Positions 63,201 to 64,000 of a stretch of DNA of 64,000 nt are shown piece by piece. The notes under the pieces are model-generated. The model made no database searches and had not been told where the DNA came from. It worked only from the letters and a program-made list of their open reading frames with translations. The position numbers and the translations under genes were made by a program. The DNA is from a virus (lineage: Duplodnaviria; Caudoviricetes), in IMG/VR virus record IMGVR_UViG_3300025723_000013. One strand, given 5' to 3'. Every line of letters begins with the position of its first letter. The stretch's first letter is position 1.

Positions 63201-64000
63201 TGTTCAAAATGATGTTAATAGTGATAATCTCTGGGCCAAATATCAGTTGATAAACGGTACATTGAATAAAACTTTTACGCAAAGTTTTGATACTACAAAA
63301 TATTGGAATTACGTTAATTGGGTCAGTGCCGATTATGATCCAGTTAAACCATTAGCGGCAACCGTGGCCGAAACTTATCTACTTGCTTCTTTATCACTAA
63401 CACTTGGTGATTACGTTAAAGTTAATAATCAAGGAAATGGAAATTATATAATTTTGCAATATGTTGCTAGAAATGGAACGTTCAGTGATAATTTCAATCT
63501 GGTTTGCAGCGAAAATGGCACCATTAGATTCAGCGATGACTTATGGAACAGCGTAAACAATGAATATAATTTTGATTATCATTTTACTTACGATCAAACT
63601 TTATATGATCAAACGCCTGTTACAGAATTAATCAATATATTAAATGCTATAAAAAATAATATTTTTATAGGTGAATTATTAGTCTATTGGAATTATTTTT
63701 TCTTCAAGGCAGTCAAGTACGCCATGAGCGAACAATTATTTTTGGACTGGGCTTTTAAAACATCATTTATAAATGTTACAAATCTTGCCGGTTCCTTGGA
63801 TCAACGTCCGGTTTATAAATTTCAAAACAGTCAATATTATCAAGAATATATCCAAGAGGTAAAGCCATATCATACCAAGATAAGGAATTATCAAGTGGAA
63901 TATAGCGTGATAGATCCTAGTCAGACATACACTACTGATTTTGATCTGCCGTCTTTTTATAATACACTAACTCAGAAATTCACAGTTGCCAATCCAGGTG
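54232..64000 (+). CDS. Giant baseplate/virion structural protein (partial, >=3256 aa; T4 gp7 position) with FG-GAP-type beta-propeller
   Basis: Starts ATG 54232 (MANTSTTIRKSVNLLPTYFQT). It is absent from the ORF track, consistent with no stop before the window end. Spot checks are open: PGNWRGMYKYYFDTERPDTCPWEMLGF at ~57570, FGSAMAMSSDGMYLVVSAP at ~61240 and FGKSLAINSNNIFVGAPG at ~61645. Confidence 0.85.
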   Translation, partial: MANTSTTIRKSVNLLPTYFQTNVNSKFLASTIDPLISVPELVRISGFVGSKLDVTYNSLTDVYISDSNSSNATSLRQKYQLQPALTMSDVDQNITKAYGFDDLVNQLGVYGANTKNFNKLFSPEVNAYDPHIDWDKFANFNQYYWLPVGPDPISISGQQQNTISTYAVTDSPDGHYFIFSPDGVTEDPLTTLYKGVTYVFNVNSQNTFYIKANNQSGDYAALTSQDGVINNGTSTGQIIFTVGDTLPGTLFYGSSNNDVVVGTFLIRPIQDNSSIDVDQDIVGKVTYKTANGIQFINGLKIQFVGNVTPSSYLNKTFIVEGVGKSITLVDFSTLVTPEMVGTIFDENFDATNFDDYPFDGNKTLPLTPDYITINRASRDLNPWTRYNRWFHADVITTTALANGNIPVLPSTGRAQRPIIEFEPNIQLYNFGTNAIIPVDIIDQTSADVFSTIEGSTGYTVDGVALTSGQRIIFLADTDSLVYGNVFEVTFVSINGQYVINLVETYSPVTGDGVSITQGDIGQGTQWWFNGSQWNSAQARSKLNSPPLFDLFDGSGNSFSDKTYYDSIFYGNQIFGYSIGKGADDLILGFPLNYYQNIGIEGSYLFENYFNNGSLSLLNGNQITTIQTSQTFLRVNQGSAGYSYENVWTAGAPYQLAVQQFQVAPAGTSTIPVTVFDNSSLITDLKISIFLDTIKLNTDAYTLTTASNGLSLNVNFVNTLTTVTNVLFNCYTSSNPNEKGTYEVPLNLTNNPLNGQIEQFTLSELSNHVQTMTQNDPDFLGLFPGESNLKSLPTANRYGTRLISNNNPLSFAQIFLTDIEHSLINATRAAASDYYQFKLNLLKLISQSDQFVTPGGILDQAIGLLIKNKNYTFPYSLSDMIPYGDNYVSKSYTVKDIRNIKYPLPSVFDITKLSNRAVLIYQNGNLLTYGIDYIFDPDNPSVTIIASLKKGDTINIVDYVSTVGSYVPPTPTKLGLYPSYAPLMYLDSSYVNGPVVVIQGHDGSLTVAYTKVADYNNKNIDFRDLALLEYEKRVFNNLKTQYDPDLLNINTVLPGVFRNNDYSYNEIYKLIEGDFINWTSAYNINFIDNAAYNPDYSKTYNFKSATDYIFNSVIPGNWRGMYKYYFDTERPDTCPWEMLGFTIKPIWWETEYGPGPYTSGNLNLWQDLEAGLIRQGNRAGVDMTYVRPGLSKIIPVDASGNTVDIRQWASLGQNGYINNPDQDWAFGDNGPAENAWRRSSLWPFAVQIACALAKPADYAAKMFDPSRLRKDVTGQYKYGPNSLFLSPSNVSLFTDVDSSGNTILSAGYSVWVIEHGKKRSATYLSSLKQDLSFLDFNLFYKIGGFTDKNQLEIVIDSVSPNTVAPGVLFPGNDYTLFFNVSNPIRSVSISGIIIEKKNGQFLIKGYDKQNPFFTINAPIHQTNDTIVSVGGKSPPFLNWAENTLYIAGQYIKYNNTFYTVSNTINSGTAFNPTDYIKLSQLPTIGGATVLGTFNYSFNDTIIPYGTYFSTLQEVYDLIVGYGQYLVRQGFVFNEYNSNLGVTLDWFFSGKEFLYWTTQNWADGSVITVSPFADKIQYKFTNAAVDSVLDSFYNYSLLNASGNAFPYQNIGVSREDGICSISTVNTTDGLYFARLNLVQKEHTIVMKNKSMFGDIVYDIETGYRQARILLSGFVTGKWNGNYLSPGFVYDDVSVSNWKAYIDYRVSDVVKYNGQFYSANQNITGSSTFVLTQWDVLGSAPVAQLLPNFEYQINQFQDFYSLDVNNFNATQQQLAQHLTGYTPRQYLTNIFIDPVAQYKFYQGFIREKGTYNSIEKLAKASIHNLQGQIKYDEEWAFRVGSYGNYLSYDQLEFPLDEANFVENSQIIQFVDTVPVVPFDPISYITPAQVSIKPNNYSSNNVFATINSSTYTNTNFVLPVAGYVRTDDVTATAYNIGSLLDIANNNLLNDGNTIWIGFTSNSDWDVFRYTKQMAKVIGTQISIPATSLLFITDSFHNLVVGDIVSIRGLDNGTDGVYKVLGIPSPTSFTISSTLVQVQTPTVSALLYKFISVRINSFDDVSLLQQYVDFKDGDKVWADRGDASTPWAGWEVYQKTYNYSTASDISVGGVAIGQQFAYQMATRYNNNTLVISAPSYYGTAGANGNIYVLDISNINQPITVANFSLYPTSTNPNLETALGLGASLAYDAEHDIVLAGAPNQSIVQFTGINRSINANTSTVQLFDLTSKSGFGRFGSTIFLAENGDQFGNKILLVASPDEQGGPIYVYGFNAANNTATFAYTFTPLNVFPYHTRDYVIAGNSNGSTIAVATLDHTSGNNGVGIYNSVTGFQYATQILDSVSGGFGSAMAMSSDGMYLVVSAPYNNNGMVLVYKLQNHQYTKVQEILNPSMDKNLYFGTAITIDNSANKLIISSSGKQKFQLTFDKNGTTFDNTSLTFYDYIENSGVVSIYERKNINFVFSTELKINIDAVNSLGAGNNFGKSLAINSNNIFVGAPGINAYSSVGNVYAFTELNPPSLGWKTLRQQDSLVDVSKINRAITIDTTIDQVQNYLDVIDPIKGRIAGIAEQELTYKTLYDPAVYSVGTQQVVVDTNTSWIEDHVGELWWDLSTVKYIWYEQSDLEYRKNSWGKIFPGASVDVYEWVTSSYLPSQWSALADTPDGLAKGISGQPKYPDNSVVSVKQYYNGATGATSNIYYYWVKNTVVLPAQINRRLSANDVASAIFNPAGYGLEFVSILSPNALAVTNLISNLIGDTVNLNISQNLINNDIKRHTEWILLGEGVAADQPTTLLNKKLIDSLVGQDSLGNQIPDPLLSDRQKYGIEIRPRQSLFVDRKAALRNAIEYVNTVTSQYLITDMIDFTLLNSKQEIPAVYLNEYDQLVDVYDDLLEIKTSLFSPAILTCSISTGTGTVGTISSVNIINPGSYYGTLVPIYSSTGSILAYQGPTVQIYSSANSLDISGAVITTQVNAAGSIITATIVNPGNNFTVSPILAVRPFTIIVQNDVNSDNLWAKYQLINGTLNKTFTQSFDTTKYWNYVNWVSADYDPVKPLAATVAETYLLASLSLTLGDYVKVNNQGNGNYIILQYVARNGTFSDNFNLVCSENGTIRFSDDLWNSVNNEYNFDYHFTYDQTLYDQTPVTELINILNAIKNNIFIGELLVYWNYFFFKAVKYAMSEQLFLDWAFKTSFINVTNLAGSLDQRPVYKFQNSQYYQEYIQEVKPYHTKIRNYQVEYSVIDPSQTYTTDFDLPSFYNTLTQKFTVANPG

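Overview
This window is a 64-kb piece of a large T4-like (myovirus-type) Caudoviricetes phage genome, read in the standard genetic code. Minus strand, 1-32.3 kb: tail-fibre and structural genes (two collagen-like Gly-repeat fibres and a 2557-aa repeat protein), then the head module gp23-gp22-gp21-acidic core protein-gp20 portal, then the tape measure. The portal carries a 420-aa HNH-type intein. A divergent tail-assembly-chaperone gene follows, with a perfect lambda G/GT-style -1 slippery site. Minus strand, 33.4-43.1 kb: the late sigma factor gp55, gp47 (Mre11) and gp46 (Rad50), an Hc1-like DNA-binding protein, a methyltransferase, a glycosyltransferase and a GIY-YIG nuclease. gp46 is fractured inside its Walker A motif by an atypically split intein (37-aa IntN, ~123-aa IntC) with a free-standing Vsr/DUF559-like endonuclease gene between the halves. 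The GIY-YIG gene is followed by a ~450-nt hairpin-dense non-coding region, a candidate ncRNA. Plus strand, 43.2-64 kb: the baseplate module (tube initiator, gp53, hub, gp5 with GH19, gp25, gp6, and a >3250-aa protein that runs off the window). T4-type late promoters (TAAATA) precede many genes. Family assignments come from motif recognition by eye; no database searches were run.
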